From positions 74,896,001-74,960,000 of the forward strand of contig OX597823.1 in assembly GCA_951406725.2 (NCBI GenBank): a stretch of 64,000 nucleotides of DNA, read 5' to 3'. Made by a program: the position numbers and the translations under genes. Shown here piece by piece: positions 37,316-52,284 of this stretch. This DNA is from Octopus vulgaris (lineage: Eukaryota). Below the pieces are notes generated by a model. It was not told where the DNA came from. It saw only the letters and a program-made list of their open reading frames with translations, and made no database searches. Position 1 is the first letter of the stretch; each line of letters begins with the position of its first letter.

Positions 37316-38548
37316 GTATATAAATGTATACACACAAACACACAGACACACAGACACACACACACACACATATATATATTTATTTGGAAACTTTGCTTTT
37401 ATATCTTTATGTGTGTAGTACATTGCTGTGCTGGTGCCTTCTTTCGGGTTTATATTTGTAACAATACTTCTCTCAATATACATGTCTGTTTATACATTTG
37501 CAGTAGACACACCAATCACTTAAGTTTTAATCAAGTCAATGGTAAGACGTCTAATTGCAGAGTTAGGAACTTTTATACATATACATATTATAACTGCGCA
37601 GATATTGTTTATCTATTTACACACCTAACTCGCTCGATAGTTATCTCGGTAAGTGAGCACATAATTTAAAGCACACACTTCACGAATCACGTAAAGCCAC
37701 ATGGATACAATTATCTACAGATTCAGTTCCGCTGTCAAAACAATTATACTACTAATTTTTTATTCCATCGATTATCATATTAAAGATGTAATGTTTTCTT
37801 GCTATTGTTCATTGTGATACTTTTTACATTATTTTTTAATATATATTTCACCAACATTATCTGTGCTTAGCAGAATGATTCAGCTGTTGAAAAACGAATT
37901 AGATTCAACTGTCACATGCAAATGATAAATTATATTATATCATTGCAGTTAATTAGCCATCTATAGAATTCAGGAAATGAAATCATTTTCCCATAGGATA
38001 TTCAACGTAAATTATAACAATAAGAAACAAGCTAATAATACGCTATTCGATAACTCAAAACATATCACTATTTTTCAACCGAGATCTAGATTTGTTTAGC
38101 TATCAGACACTCATATTTTCACGCTGAATCATATTAAATTCTTTAATCATTTTGATGCTTTTGTAGCGGTGTGACAGCATTGTACAATATATATTTTAAT
38201 AGGAATTACAAAATGTGTTAAAGAATAAATTATTCAGCAGAGAAATATCTAAATAAATCCAAAGATTTCTGCCTAACGCTTTTTAAGACTCATCTAAAGA
38301 AACTCAAAATGACAAAAATAATTTTACGTCATATATTATATATCGAAAATCAAAAGAAACGTAGCCGTCTGAAAATAAAGCATATCAATCAATCTCTTAC
38401 ATAAGTAATATATTCATTTTCTTACATCGTCGAATATACAGAAAATGAGAAAATTTGGAGCAGAATGGCATTTATTTCTAGACATGAATCATAATTTTCT
38501 AACCGTTTCATAAAATTTCATCAGCTGCTTATCATTTACTTGAAGTTG

Positions 38549-38550
38549 AC

Positions 38551-38608
<58 letters not shown>

Positions 38609-38644
38609 CTTCTCTCTCTCTCTCACTCTTTCTCTCTCTCACTC
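38549..38644. repeat. (TC)n microsatellite
   Basis: Read directly from the sequence. Confidence 0.97.
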
Positions 38645-41219
38645 AAACGTATTTGACCTCACTATAGCTACATACACGAAAATAAAACATTAGACTGTCT
38701 TATATTTCTTGATAATGTTCTCACATCCTAACAACTTTTTGGCTAATGCTTTATAATTTCAGTGGGTTTTTTTTGCAATATGTAGCTAAAACACACAACC
38801 ATTTTAACAAATTTCACTGAAGTATCGTTTTCTAACTTTAAGGAAAATCGAAGCAGGCATATTGAAATATTTGAAAGGGATACAAAATCCAGTGGCGTAA
38901 AATACATAACTTAAAATACTCACAAGAAAATTGAAATTCCCTTTAATTTAAGCGAAATTTTTGAGAGCTATTTTCAGATAATAAGCTAAATTGTTAATTA
39001 TTGTATAGTATAACACACTTAATCGATACACACTTAATCTCGGACAACTAAATCTCGTGAGATGAAATTCTTGAGTAAAAAAATCAAATTGTTATGAGTC
39101 CTGCATGTAATTTTATCTTTCAGGGGACTGAATCTTTAAGATATTTAGTTACTCTCCCCACACGGTTATATTGCCTTAATATCTCACATAAGTAACTATG
39201 CCTTAATATCATATATTTCTACTTGACTTTGTACTGTCGCTGTAGCCTGACAAATATCAGTATCGCTTGAAGAGATAAAAAGTTACATATTACAATTTAC
39301 ATTACAACAGTTCCGTCTGTGCATTAAACTTCAGCTTACTGATTACTTTTATAAAGTTATTATCATGGTTATGTAGTCGATATTGATTATCAGATACATT
39401 GTGAAGCACATACCCATAGACTATATGTAAATTAAGTATCGCTGTGATATTAACGGGTTCAGTACTATTGTCCATCAAATGTACACTGTCTGAAATATCG
39501 AGTGAAATTTATCTATGTTAACCAATATAGACATTGATATAGGTTCATTTCTTAATGATGAAGGTCATATGATTACAACAAGAGGACACCTATTAACCAT
39601 AGAGGAAATCGCTAGCTGTTGTCTTCAGTTATTTCGTGGCGTATATAAATAATGTTTAAAAGCGCATGAATTATCTGGGGAAGATCCATTTCTCCTTGCC
39701 TTTCGCCCGCTTAGTATGAATTTTACTCTGATCTTCTGAACTCTTGAATATGTGCATAAAAGGATAGTTTTATTCAATCCATGGTTAGAAATACTACCTC
39801 CCGTGATATGGAGAATAGATATTATATTGTACATGGTTGTTACATTATATGATACAACTATCGGCGCGTGTTCTTCGACTCTTGTATGCAGAACATCAAA
39901 TTAGCCTAGCCAATTTCATCCGTATCTTGGTAGCTTCAGATTCGCTAACGCTCGGTTTCAAATCGGATCTGGAAATAATTATAACTATGGATTATATTTC
40001 GAACATCCTATCATATAGTTTTACATGCATGTAATTCGTTATACAATTCTGTCAAATTTGTCTATTGAAATAATTTTTCTCTGCCGTAAAAATACATACA
40101 ATAATTTTAATTCGTCCCACTGTTTAAGAATACCACAATGCATTTTTAAACAGTATGACACGTTACTAACCATAAGATTTATATGTATTACAGTGACCTG
40201 AATGTTGCAAATAATTTTGCAATAGAAATAGAAATAGCATTTGCATCGCCTTATTTAATCATCTGCACAATAAAAATGCAACGGCAAAGTGAGCACATTT
40301 CGTGTGGAATTATAAAATAAGTCTATAATTGGATTTTTTAAAAATTATTATTTTGATAGAAGATACATATGTAATGTGTAAATGAAAATACGAATATGTG
40401 TGCTCTGTCCCAGATATGAACAAAATATAAGAGAGGAGCAAACCTTCATGATCATGATTATTCTATATTTGTAGACATGTTTGTTTCTATGAATATACAT
40501 ATATATGCAATCAAATAAAACGTGAAAAAGAAATGCGGTGCCTCAAGCGTGTTTTGTTTCTGGGAAATGAGATTCCAAATTAATATTTGATTTCTATTCG
40601 ATAATTTTATATCTTTCCACAGTAGGAGTTCAGTATATTGGCAAATATTCATAAGGCATTGCATTTGTGAAATAGTAAGTAAATATCACCAAAATACAAT
40701 ATAATTTATAAACCGATAAGTTATAATAAAATTTGGTTTTGAAATGAGCAAATATGAACATCATACATCTAACAAGTACAGAGAAAATTGTAATATGCAA
40801 ATGCAACTCCTTTGTATACATATCATGGACATGTTGCTGATGAGTCTTGAATTTTTTTAGAGAAATGAATACTTTATGGTTCTTCTGTATAACCTATATA
40901 AGCACAAACAATATGCAGTACAGGTAAGAATAAATCAACATGATCAGAGAAAATATGCATGAAAAATGCATGAAAAAGGAAAGAAGAATGCGGTGACTGA
41001 AATTTCTTCGCAAGCTCTCTCTGCAATCTGTTGAATCGCTGTATTTTATATGAGGCTTGGTGAACAGAATCTCAGCGAATATGTACGGGTATCTTGTTAA
41101 AATTAATAAGCAAAAAGAACTCAACAATATTTATCAGTTGAGAGTTGCCTTTCAAATACATGCCATGGCAGCGAGGCATTCTATTCAAATTGTCCTCTAA
41201 AATTTATAACAATAGTAGT

Positions 41220-41635
41220 TGCAAATTTTAGCAAAAGACCAACAATTTCGTGGGAGCAGTTAAGTCGATTACACCGACTCCAGTGCTTAACAGATACTAA
41301 TTTTATCGTCCAAAAGGATGAGCATTACAGTCGAACTTCGTGAGACTTGAACGTAAAATGTAAAGACAGATTGAATACCGGTAAGTGTTTTGCTGACGAT
41401 TCTGCCAGCTCGCCGTCGTTTATATTGGTCTCATATTTAGACGAAGGCCAATACGTTCGGGGCATGGATTAGGCGTTTTCATCAACCCTAGTCCTCAACT
41501 GCTACTTATTTTATCGACCCTGAATGCTGTTAAAGGTAGCGTTGAACGCGGTGAAATTTGAACTTAGAATCTGAAGACGTACGAAATACTGCTAAGCATT
41601 CTCCTGATTTGCTAACAGTTCTACCAACTCGCCAA
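41220..41635 (-). mobile_element. Two tandem decayed copies of SINE family 2 (about 41220-41417 and 41425-41635)
   Basis: Each has TACT.ATTTTATCG.CC..AA, TTGAAC..AATGTAAAGAC or AATCTGAAGAC, and a TTCT.CCA.CTCGCC head on the minus strand. Confidence 0.8.
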
Positions 41636-42547
41636 CAACAACAACACAAAAAATAGCAATAGTGATATAAACAATAATAATGAGAATTTGAGTATGGGTA
41701 CATAAATTCACTATGGCATAAGTTTCAGAAAACAAATACAAATTCACCAGCAAATGTATATTCTGAAAAACAAACAAAACGAATAAATGCGTACGGGCAG
41801 AATATGCTTCAATTCAATGGATGAAATGAAAACATGCTATTGAAAATATGTTAGATAAAATTAGCCTGAAATGGGATTAGATTATCCTTGTAAAGTCTTA
41901 AATCTACCAATACACACTTTGATTATGTGAAAAGTATCTGTATCATGCAAATAGAATATATTTTTCTCACTTTGAATTTGTAATAGTCGTATTTCGATAA
42001 ATAAAAAAGTAGTCTCAAGCAACGACTGTAAATAACTTTCAGATTTTCGTATGAGAAATGTTGTAGAAATATTTTCGAAAATAAATTCATGATATACCTA
42101 TTCAAAATGTTTTCGTTTATATTACCTATACATGTCAGTTATATTTAGTTAACAGCAAGTAGGTTATTATTTTTTCAAGATGCAACCTATAGACTGTAAT
42201 TTAAAAGAATTTACTTACATTCACAATATCGATTTGAAGACAAGTGTTCGTAATATACTATCTGTTTTAAGGAAGTGTTCCATGAAAATATATTACAAGT
42301 CATTCTATGAAGTACATTGTATTTTTATCGGTCTCTATTATATAAACTATATTCGATATTTTATATTTTGCCTGATATGTTGATAGTCTTGCAACTTTCT
42401 TATAATATATACATTTATTGATCGATCTATCAATTTATTCCTTATTTCACATTCTGATACATGTTCCGCTATTGTGTCTGTTATTCATAAGATATTTGTG
42501 TCTCTTGTGAGTACAATACTGACTACACATATGTTAATAATTTTCTT

Positions 42548-43485
42548 AGACTGCAATCAGCATGCGCTTATTATCTATGAAATATCTTTCTTATTTTAGA
42601 GAATAGGTAAATGCAAACCTAATATCATACCTATTAAAATATAATATGGCTGTAACCTTTAAAGTAAGAAAATTAATCGACACGATTTAATATGCAGTGA
42701 TGTATACTTAATGGTCACTAATTTGTTTCAAAGTCAACAGCACACAACAAAGAGTTTGACACGGTACTATTGACCGTCTTACTTGAAGGGCATATATTCT
42801 TCCCCGCCTCGATAGGGTGAAGGCAAATTTACCCTCATTGAGATTTTGAGCACAAACAGTAAAGAGCTGGATTAAGTGACACTAGATATTTTCTTCCCTT
42901 GTTTTAACGATTCTGCCTGATTGTAAAAAAAAAAATCATTTGAAGCGTATAAGATAATTGATTAATGAGACACTCAAGAAAGTACATTAATCTGTACATC
43001 CGAATAAGGAGTCTGACATACAGTGTGATATAAGCTTTGCTAATTCTGAAATTTTAAAACTACATAAACACGCATGAACACATAGACATATATAAACCAA
43101 CATACAAACAAACACAAACACACGCACAAAACACACACACACACACACATACACACACACACACACTCACAGACGCACACACACACACATACATATATGA
43201 ACGAATGGTCGGATATTTTTCCATTATCAGATTTCAGGCTTCACTATATTCACCAAAGGGTGTTTCTCTTTCTGAAGAATAAATATGTAACATTCCGAGT
43301 TTCCAGCTGACACGTTTATTATTAAATTTATATCCATACAGTATTGTTGTAACACATTCTCACGAGCAAACAATAACAATCGATTTACTGCTACAATCTC
43401 AGACTGCAATCAGCATGTGCTCATAATCTATTAATTACCTTTCTTATTTTAGAGAATAGGTAAATGCAAACCTAATATCATACCT
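42548..43485 (+). repeat. Dispersed 85-bp direct repeat (42548-42632 and 43401-43485)
   Basis: AGACTGCAATCAGCATG..CTTTCTTATTTTAGAGAATAGGTAAATGCAAACCTAATATCATACCT; the 3' ~46 bp are identical. Confidence 0.9.
42715..42920 (-). mobile_element. Decayed SINE family 2 copy
   Basis: AGGGTGAAGGCAAA..GATTTTGAGCACA..GTAAAGAGC..TTAACGATTCTGCC. Confidence 0.5.
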
Positions 43486-43494
43486 CTCCCTATA

Positions 43495-43540
<46 letters not shown>

Positions 43541-43545
<5 letters not shown>

Positions 43546-43685
43546 AGAGTTTACGAAAAAAGCAAAAGACGAAAACAGGTGGTGTGCAAAACAAACAGAT
43601 GTATTATTATAACGCTCAGGAATAGAAAAGTCTTTTTACCTTTCGAGCCTACGTTCTTCTACAGAAAGGGACACATAAAAAACAA

Positions 43686-43690
<5 letters not shown>
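43541..43690 (-). mobile_element. ~150-bp (TA)n-bounded element with hammerhead-like motif
   Basis: Minus 43632-43668: CTTT CTGTAGA A GAAC-GTAG-GCTC GAAAG GTA AAAAG; homologous to 31433-31560. Confidence 0.6.
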
Positions 43691-43770
<80 letters not shown>

Positions 43771-45594
43771 TATATATATATACACACACACATATATATA
43801 TATAAACAGACACAATGTGGCGTTATTTGGGCTCGGATGGAAATTTCTTACCACATAGCAGTTTTTAGAAATGTATTTATGAATGGTTCTGCTCGTCTAG
43901 AGTTTTAACTCACTTTTGCCTTCTGCGTGGAGGTTTTCTTATTTGTCATGGAGGATCAACAGCTCTATTTGCAGCAACCTTTTATTGTTTTCTGCTGTGT
44001 CCACCGATTTTGTAGCCGAAGAAGGTAAGTGAATTTGCCCATTAGTACCAATACGAACGAAATCTGAAATTAAGCGGCACATTTTTTTTTCTAAGATTTA
44101 TGTTGCCTATCCACGATTTTTACACACAAAAAGATATACATAAACACAATCAGAGAGATACTCCACACTTAAATAAGTAAAATATCACACACAAATATAT
44201 TCATATTTTTATATCAGCATTTGTTAGCAAGCTGTCACATGTATCATAATAAAATATATCCAGGATAATTTTAACTACAATACCATGATATCTTCCTGCT
44301 ATATTTGGAGCAAACTTTTTTTTTTTTTAAACGATGAGCGATGTTTTTGGGACATCAGCGTGTATCTATTACTGCATACTATTACTCGACCGACATATTA
44401 ATATACTATTAATCTTTACCATTCTTTCGACAGTTAATACAATTTATATGTGTGTGTGTATGCATGTGTGTGTGTGTGTGTGTGTGTTTGGTGGGTGTAT
44501 ACATGCGTGAGTATATAAATATGTGTGTATGCAAGTTATGTATTTCGTTATATATGCATATACTCAAATGTCATATAGTCCAATTCATTCTTCAAAGATA
44601 TTCCCATTTATCTCGTGAACCGACTCGCAATCATTAATCTGAGTTGTCTGGGTTATAATTATATATGAATATTCGATTGTCATTAAGACAGAATTTCTAG
44701 AAGGCCATTTTTGATTCTTTCCTATCTTCCTTCACATTCACGTTATATTGTAAGTAATCAATGAGACTTGATTATGTTATAACAAGATTCTTACAATGTA
44801 TTACCAGTATACTGATCAATAATTAGATAACAATTCAATATCTGTGCATATCGATAAATACACACACACAACACACACACACACACGTTTTTATATGCGT
44901 GTGTGTGTAACAATCTGTCTATAATTATCTCTTTCCCCCACTATCTCCCTTTCTATCTTTCTCTCTCTCTCGCTCTCTCATTATCTGTCTTTCTTATAAA
45001 GTGAACCAAAAGGGACAGTCCCATCGGTAGATCTCGAAATTAACACTTAGTTTTATAATTCGTGCTGATTCACAGTATTATTGTTATATATGGAGATAAT
45101 GTTATCACTTCGCTGATATTGATATTACACCATCTGTAGTATTCTTTCCAGAAAAGTCTGTATATTAACTATATATCCTAGCTTATGTGCATGTTTTTGT
45201 TATTTTATTCGTTCCACACTATTCCTAAATAAATTCTGTAATACTTTATGAATATGCATATAAGCGCCGCTATTTCATTAAGTGCATATAAAATTCTCTT
45301 TATTTTTCCGTATCGTATCAGTTTCTTGTCATCGTAGGCTTCCTAACTGATATTAATGTTCTACCAAGTCGCTTTCTAGTACATTATTTTTTTCATGTAC
45401 TTCCTTTCTTTCGCAAGAGGAAGAAACGTAGGCGTTTGTAAAAAAAAAAGAGAAGAAATAATTGAAAGCAAATAACGTTTTATATGTTAGCTGTGGAAAT
45501 CAGAGATGAATGAAAAAAAACACGATTGTTTGAAAGACAGCTTACAATGACGAAATTCTTAATCTCTGAGCAAAAAATATATTGTTGTATTTGA

Positions 45595-45719
45595 TCTTCT
45601 TCTATTTCTTCTTCTTCTTCCATTTCTTCTTCTTCTTCTTCTTCTTCTTCTTCTTCTTCTTCTTCTTCTTCTTCTTCTTCTTCTTCTTCTTCTTCTTCTT
45701 CTTCTTCTTCTTCTTCTTC
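45595..45719. repeat. (TTC)n microsatellite
   Basis: Read directly from the sequence. Confidence 0.97.
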
Positions 45720-46345
45720 CTTTGTGTCAGTTTTACTGGGCACTCTATTCCAATTTCCTTTATATTCTTCTTCATGCCTTCTGATATTTTCCCAACGATC
45801 CAACATTAATTGGCACTTCATTTTCCGTATTTCTTACTTAAGAGGGTTGTATTTATCTATCTTTTCGCTTTTCTTCTTGACTATTCGTGGTTCAAAGTGG
45901 CATGCAACTTCAACTATATAGCATATGTGATGCACCTCGTCCAGTACCACTAAGTCCGGTCTGTTATGCTCTAGCAACTGAGGTGTTTGGATTGGGGATT
46001 TTGCTAGTTTCCCACTCTGCCACTCTCTGCAGTTTGTACACATAGAATGTCTTGCTTCTCTCTAGCTCCAACTTTTCGCACAGTTTTCAATGTTGCACTT
46101 TCGCTACCTTGTCGTGTCGCCACAACTTGAAGTGGTATTGGACAAGTCTAGGGCATTCGTTCCTGATACGATCAAAAGTTTCCTCCACTCTATTGCAGAT
46201 GCAGCACAGCGGAGAGACTTCCTCATTCCTACAGTTCGAGGTTGATTTTGTGCTGCCAGTATAGTGCTCTCAGTTTCTTCTTTAATGTTCCTTTCATCAG
46301 CCAATCCCACCCGTTTTTTCCAGCAACTTCTGTTGTTTGGTTGGT
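45720..46345 (-). mobile_element. R4/Dong-clade fragment A (CCHC plus RLE), decayed
   Basis: KETESTILAAQNQ, CCICNRVEET, WRHDKVAK, HNRPDLVVLD, KIDKYNPLK, INVGSLG across frames. Confidence 0.88.
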
Positions 46346-46367
46346 ATTATCATCATCATCATCATCG

Positions 46368-47282
<915 letters not shown>

Positions 47283-47303
47283 TTATTTTTATCATTATTA
47301 TTA

Positions 47304-47446
<143 letters not shown>

Positions 47447-49599
47447 ATTATTATTATTATTCACATTATTCAGTAGTCTTAGTATCATTATTATTGAGTG
47501 AGAGAGCATTGTGACCAAGTGATTTGATAATTTGAACTCACTCCTGGAAGACGATGAATATATACATGAATTAGGTAGGATGCTTCAGCGTGATGTAACG
47601 CGTATGTTCTCACTTCTTAATGATAAGAACAATAAATATTACGTATATCGCAGTTCCTTTTAATTATACAATGCTTTGAATGTAACTTGTTTTGCTATCT
47701 CATTTATTCCGTCCAATTTATTTCTTCCGCCTCATTAAAATATATCTTCTTGTCATAGTGATTTTATTTTTTTACTATGCCTTATATTTTCAGAGTAAAT
47801 CTGTCTGTGTGTTTTAAAAATGTTTTATTTACATATCAGTCATATATTTTTACACGTTCTTCCTCTTTTTGAACAACAATCACCCTCTACCTCCAATACG
47901 TCGTCTCATTCTACCTATTTAACGCTCATTATATGGCATTGTAATTTTCGAAATATTGTAGCTATGAAATAATAATTGATATATCTCTGTTGATGTTGTT
48001 ATAAATGCTGATAATTGCCATGTTCGGGCTTATGCAACATAGCTCCGAGACGAATTCAATTTCTACCTCATTGATTAAGGGTAAAATATATTCTTAGTTT
48101 AGTCTTAAAATAATGATTGAAGGTATTGTAACAATCATCGGAGTTGCGTGGGACATTGATGCTACTTTTAATACTATATTCATTTTTACAAGAATTCTCA
48201 ATACACTTCTTTAATTGAATTTCAGTATAGAAGATTATGGTTAGATGGAGAAGGTGCTGGCTACAAATACAACACTATACAACTTATATTATCTTAAAAT
48301 TTTACTAAAAAGAGAAACAGGATTATAAATGAAATTTTGTCGAGTATTAAATGTAATTAGGAAATAATTGATTTCAGGTTATCTTGTCTAATATAAATCT
48401 TATACGAAACAAAAAACGGTATATAGCCGATGGACATGTATTTCATAGAATACATTTCATGGCGAGATCAGTGATATTTTCTATCAAAAATGAAGGAAAA
48501 ATATGCCATAAATCAAATTTCATAAATAAAATAAATAGTTGTACAATGTCTCGAAAGCAGGCACGATGAAAGAAAAGAGTGATGTTGGGCAGTAGCTTAT
48601 GTGTTCCATTAATCATGATATATAAGCTTGGTGATGCCCATTCCTTAAGACTACGTGTGGCAAAGAGACTTTACGACCTGCTATGTGACATTCCTTACCA
48701 TACTTGTCTGTTGCAATATATGGCGAAACGAAATTTTGTGCAACAGTCTACCTTGTTTCTGACGCTAGTCCTCAGCATATTATCTCGTTTATAACATTAA
48801 GTGGAAAAGTGATGATCACAGAGTTATTATGTAACGATTATATAATAAAATATTCTACTTGACCATGATAATAATTGTGAGCTATGTTGTTTTAAAATTA
48901 TTAACTTCTGTAATCCCCTATTGTTTCTGTACATATCTGTGAATTAATGCTACTGCGACAAATTTTGCATTATTAACAAATCTATAATACATGAAGAAAA
49001 GTTTAGCTCTTTCAGTGTGCCATTCTATCGTCTGGCTTCTTTACCTCCATATTTTTAAGCATTTTGCAATATAAAAAATTTTCCTAGTCTTTTGATGTTT
49101 GGTGAGAATTTTTTCTTCTCTTTACATGGATTTCAGATGTAATTTGCCGGAAAAGACAATGTCAGTGTCTGCAAAGCCACTATAACATCAGTCGATTTCT
49201 TCGGGGTTTCTATAAAGGCTTGAATAATTCTGACAATTGTTTATATCGTTGCCAGCGCTCAATTAGAGACTGCCTTAAATTTGATACACGGCCGACGCTA
49301 TCTATGGCTTCGGAAATGTTTTTTCTCCCATAAATCTATAACTTTATTGCTTCTAAGGTATATTAAGCTTACACGTGTATCAAACTTTTAGCAGTCCCCG
49401 ATTGAGCTCTGCTAACGATATAAACAATTGTCAGAGTTATGATGTACGATGCTAAAGTCGTTGATATATTTATATTGGGGCGAATAAATGAATTCTTGTG
49501 TCTCCTATATCTATTTTTAAAATGAATAGTACTCCTTATATAAATTTTCCCTCCTCACGTACGGCTTACTGATCTAACTTCGCATATATATTGAACTAA

Positions 49600-49699
49600 N
49601 NNNNNNNNNNNNNNNNNNNNNNNNNNNNNNNNNNNNNNNNNNNNNNNNNNNNNNNNNNNNNNNNNNNNNNNNNNNNNNNNNNNNNNNNNNNNNNNNNNN
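49600..49699. other. Assembly gap (100 N)
   Basis: Run of 100 N; CTAACTTC followed by a TA tract occurs on both sides, suggesting a collapsed microsatellite. Confidence 0.99.
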
Positions 49700-49707
49700 C
49701 TAACTTC

Positions 49708-49749
<42 letters not shown>

Positions 49750-50389
49750 ATGTGTGTGTGTTTGTGTATGTATATATATATATATACATAAATTTATATA
49801 TACATACACACACATATATATATATGTATGTATGTGTGTGTGTATATAAATATATATAATTATTTCTAGCCCACTATCTATATATGTACATTGCATGCAA
49901 ATCACACAGATATATGTGTGTGCGTATGTATATGCACACCACGTTCGCCAGCGCTCATCTTTTCTATATCCGTTTACTGCACGCTGTTGTACGCCTATTA
50001 CACTATTTTTATCTTATTTTTTGCTCGGGTCAAACCCTTTAATTTGACCGAAATTTGCACCTATCAGTATTCCTATTTTAAAAAGTCGTCCCTATATTTT
50101 GTTTTTAATGTTTACATAAACTTTATGATTATTTTCAATCTCTAAGTTAATTGATTCCATCTTTTCGCATCATTAGTCAACACCGTTTTATTTTCCTAAA
50201 TTAATCTCAGTTAATGATCTTATATCTTTAATATCTTGGAAATTAATTACCTAAGAATACACATTTCACACACTGAAAATCCATAGGATAGTATTTTATT
50301 TATGATAGGATAGCGATGTATAGCTTTATTCAGAGTTCGGCACTCAAAATGTGTTATAGTTTGTCTTCCATGATAGAGGTTTAGTTAGC

Positions 50390-50600
50390 AAGACAGCAAA
50401 TTGGAATAGTTGTTGCCACGTTGGGCAAAATGTGTGGTACATTTTATCCGTCTTTACATTCTCATTTCAAACCGGAGATGCTGGTTTTGTATTTCATCCT
50501 TTTGCAGTCGATGATATAAGTATCAGTTAAACACTGGGATAGATATAATTGACTAAACCCTCCTCTAGATTGCAAGCCTTGTGCTTATAGAACAAAGAAA
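50390..50600 (+). mobile_element. Decayed SINE family 2 copy
   Basis: CCGTCTTTACATTCT..TTTCATCCTTTTGCAGTCGAT..AAGTATCAGTT..ACTGGG..GCCTTGTGCTTATAG. Confidence 0.75.
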
Positions 50601-52076
50601 GCTTTAGATGGTGAGTATAAAGTGTACAATCAGCAAGCATAAACTCTATAAATGTGTCGATTGGGAAGAATTAGTGCTACTTTGATGGTTATAAATGAAA
50701 ACAAATGCTCCATTACAATGATGTGGATAGTCATTCTTCCCAACGTTCCAATCGTATTACAGCTTAATTGCCTCTTATACAACCGGCCGTGCGTATCATA
50801 GTATTAGGAAGCACTACATCCAGTACATTAAAACTTCTTTACGTGTCATATTTTCAAATTCCTTACGTACCATATTTTCAATAAAGTAGATGTTATACTC
50901 ATTCGAAATTACGGAGACCTTTATTGAAAATGTATTGCATATTTTTTCAACCCATTTCGGTTATACCAGTTAATGTTTATATAACTATAAGAGTACGTTG
51001 TTCTTCACGGGTGGTTAGTTCTCTCATTTGTAGGTGACGTCCGTCGGTAAAATATAATTACAAACGAAACACACAAATATAACAACCAAGTTATATTATT
51101 ATCAAGTAGGTTAAACATTGTTAATTTACAATAAGTTATAAAAGAAAAGAAATCGGAATTCTCAATTAATTTACCTAATTAGAACAGTAAAGACTCAAAG
51201 ACGAAACATCTGTATCGAATTTAGTTACTGATTTCCTTTTTTCTGTCCTTAAAATTCAACATGGTTCCCAGAATAATTTCAATTTCGTAAATTGTAAATA
51301 TAATTATTTTGCTTTAATTTGATTAATTTTCAACGATAAAAAAAAAAGAATGAAACTTAAATTTTTATTAATTTAACCTTAATTTACGCAGGACATTTAT
51401 AACATACACACAATACTACAATATGGGGAATATATGTACTTAAATCTCTGTTATTTTATTCATTTATATTTGGCATTAGTAGTGAAATTTTATGCAGATA
51501 GAGAAAATAAGCAAAGAGTGAAATAGAAAGCGTGAAAAAGCGTTAATCAATTAATCTTTACTTGAGGCAGTTTATATTGATTAATCATGTTCAGTCCTGT
51601 CTATTTCTGGGAAACATTGCTACAAATATTTCCCTAGGGATTATTCTACTAATAGAAACAAAGTATATTCATTTTGGGAATATGTGTGTTGGGAGACTAT
51701 TTAAATATGTCCTTTATATTTGCGATATATTTGCGAATGGTTTGTCCGCAGGTTACGAAAAATTGAAAATCAGAAAACAGAAAATAACTTCTCAAACTTT
51801 CTAGAAATTTCAATATTATGAAAGAACTGGTATCCATTCAGAAAGAAAGCAGGCATTCCTATAAAATTTATGTTTCATACCAATGATTTAAGTGAAACAA
51901 TTTTATACGAAAATTTGTAAGGTATAGAAATATTTAATTTGTAAACATTTCTCAATGTAAAAAACATAAGTTTATTTCTATTTATTGATGAGCGCATTGC
52001 AGAAGAAAATTGGCAAGGAAATCGAGGAAAGAAAACAATCGATTATGTTTTTGTGTCACTAGCATAATGCAAATTT

Positions 52077-52195
52077 ATATATATATATATCCATCTTATC
52101 TACCTATTTATCTAATTATCTATCTATGTATCTATCTAACTATATATCTATCTATATATCTATCTATCTATCTATTTATTTATTCATCTATCTAT

Positions 52196-52261
<66 letters not shown>

Positions 52262-52281
52262 CTCTCTCTCTCTCTCTCTCT
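52077..52281. repeat. (TA)n-(TATC)n-(TC)n microsatellite
   Basis: Read directly from the sequence. Confidence 0.95.
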
Positions 52282-52284
52282 TTG

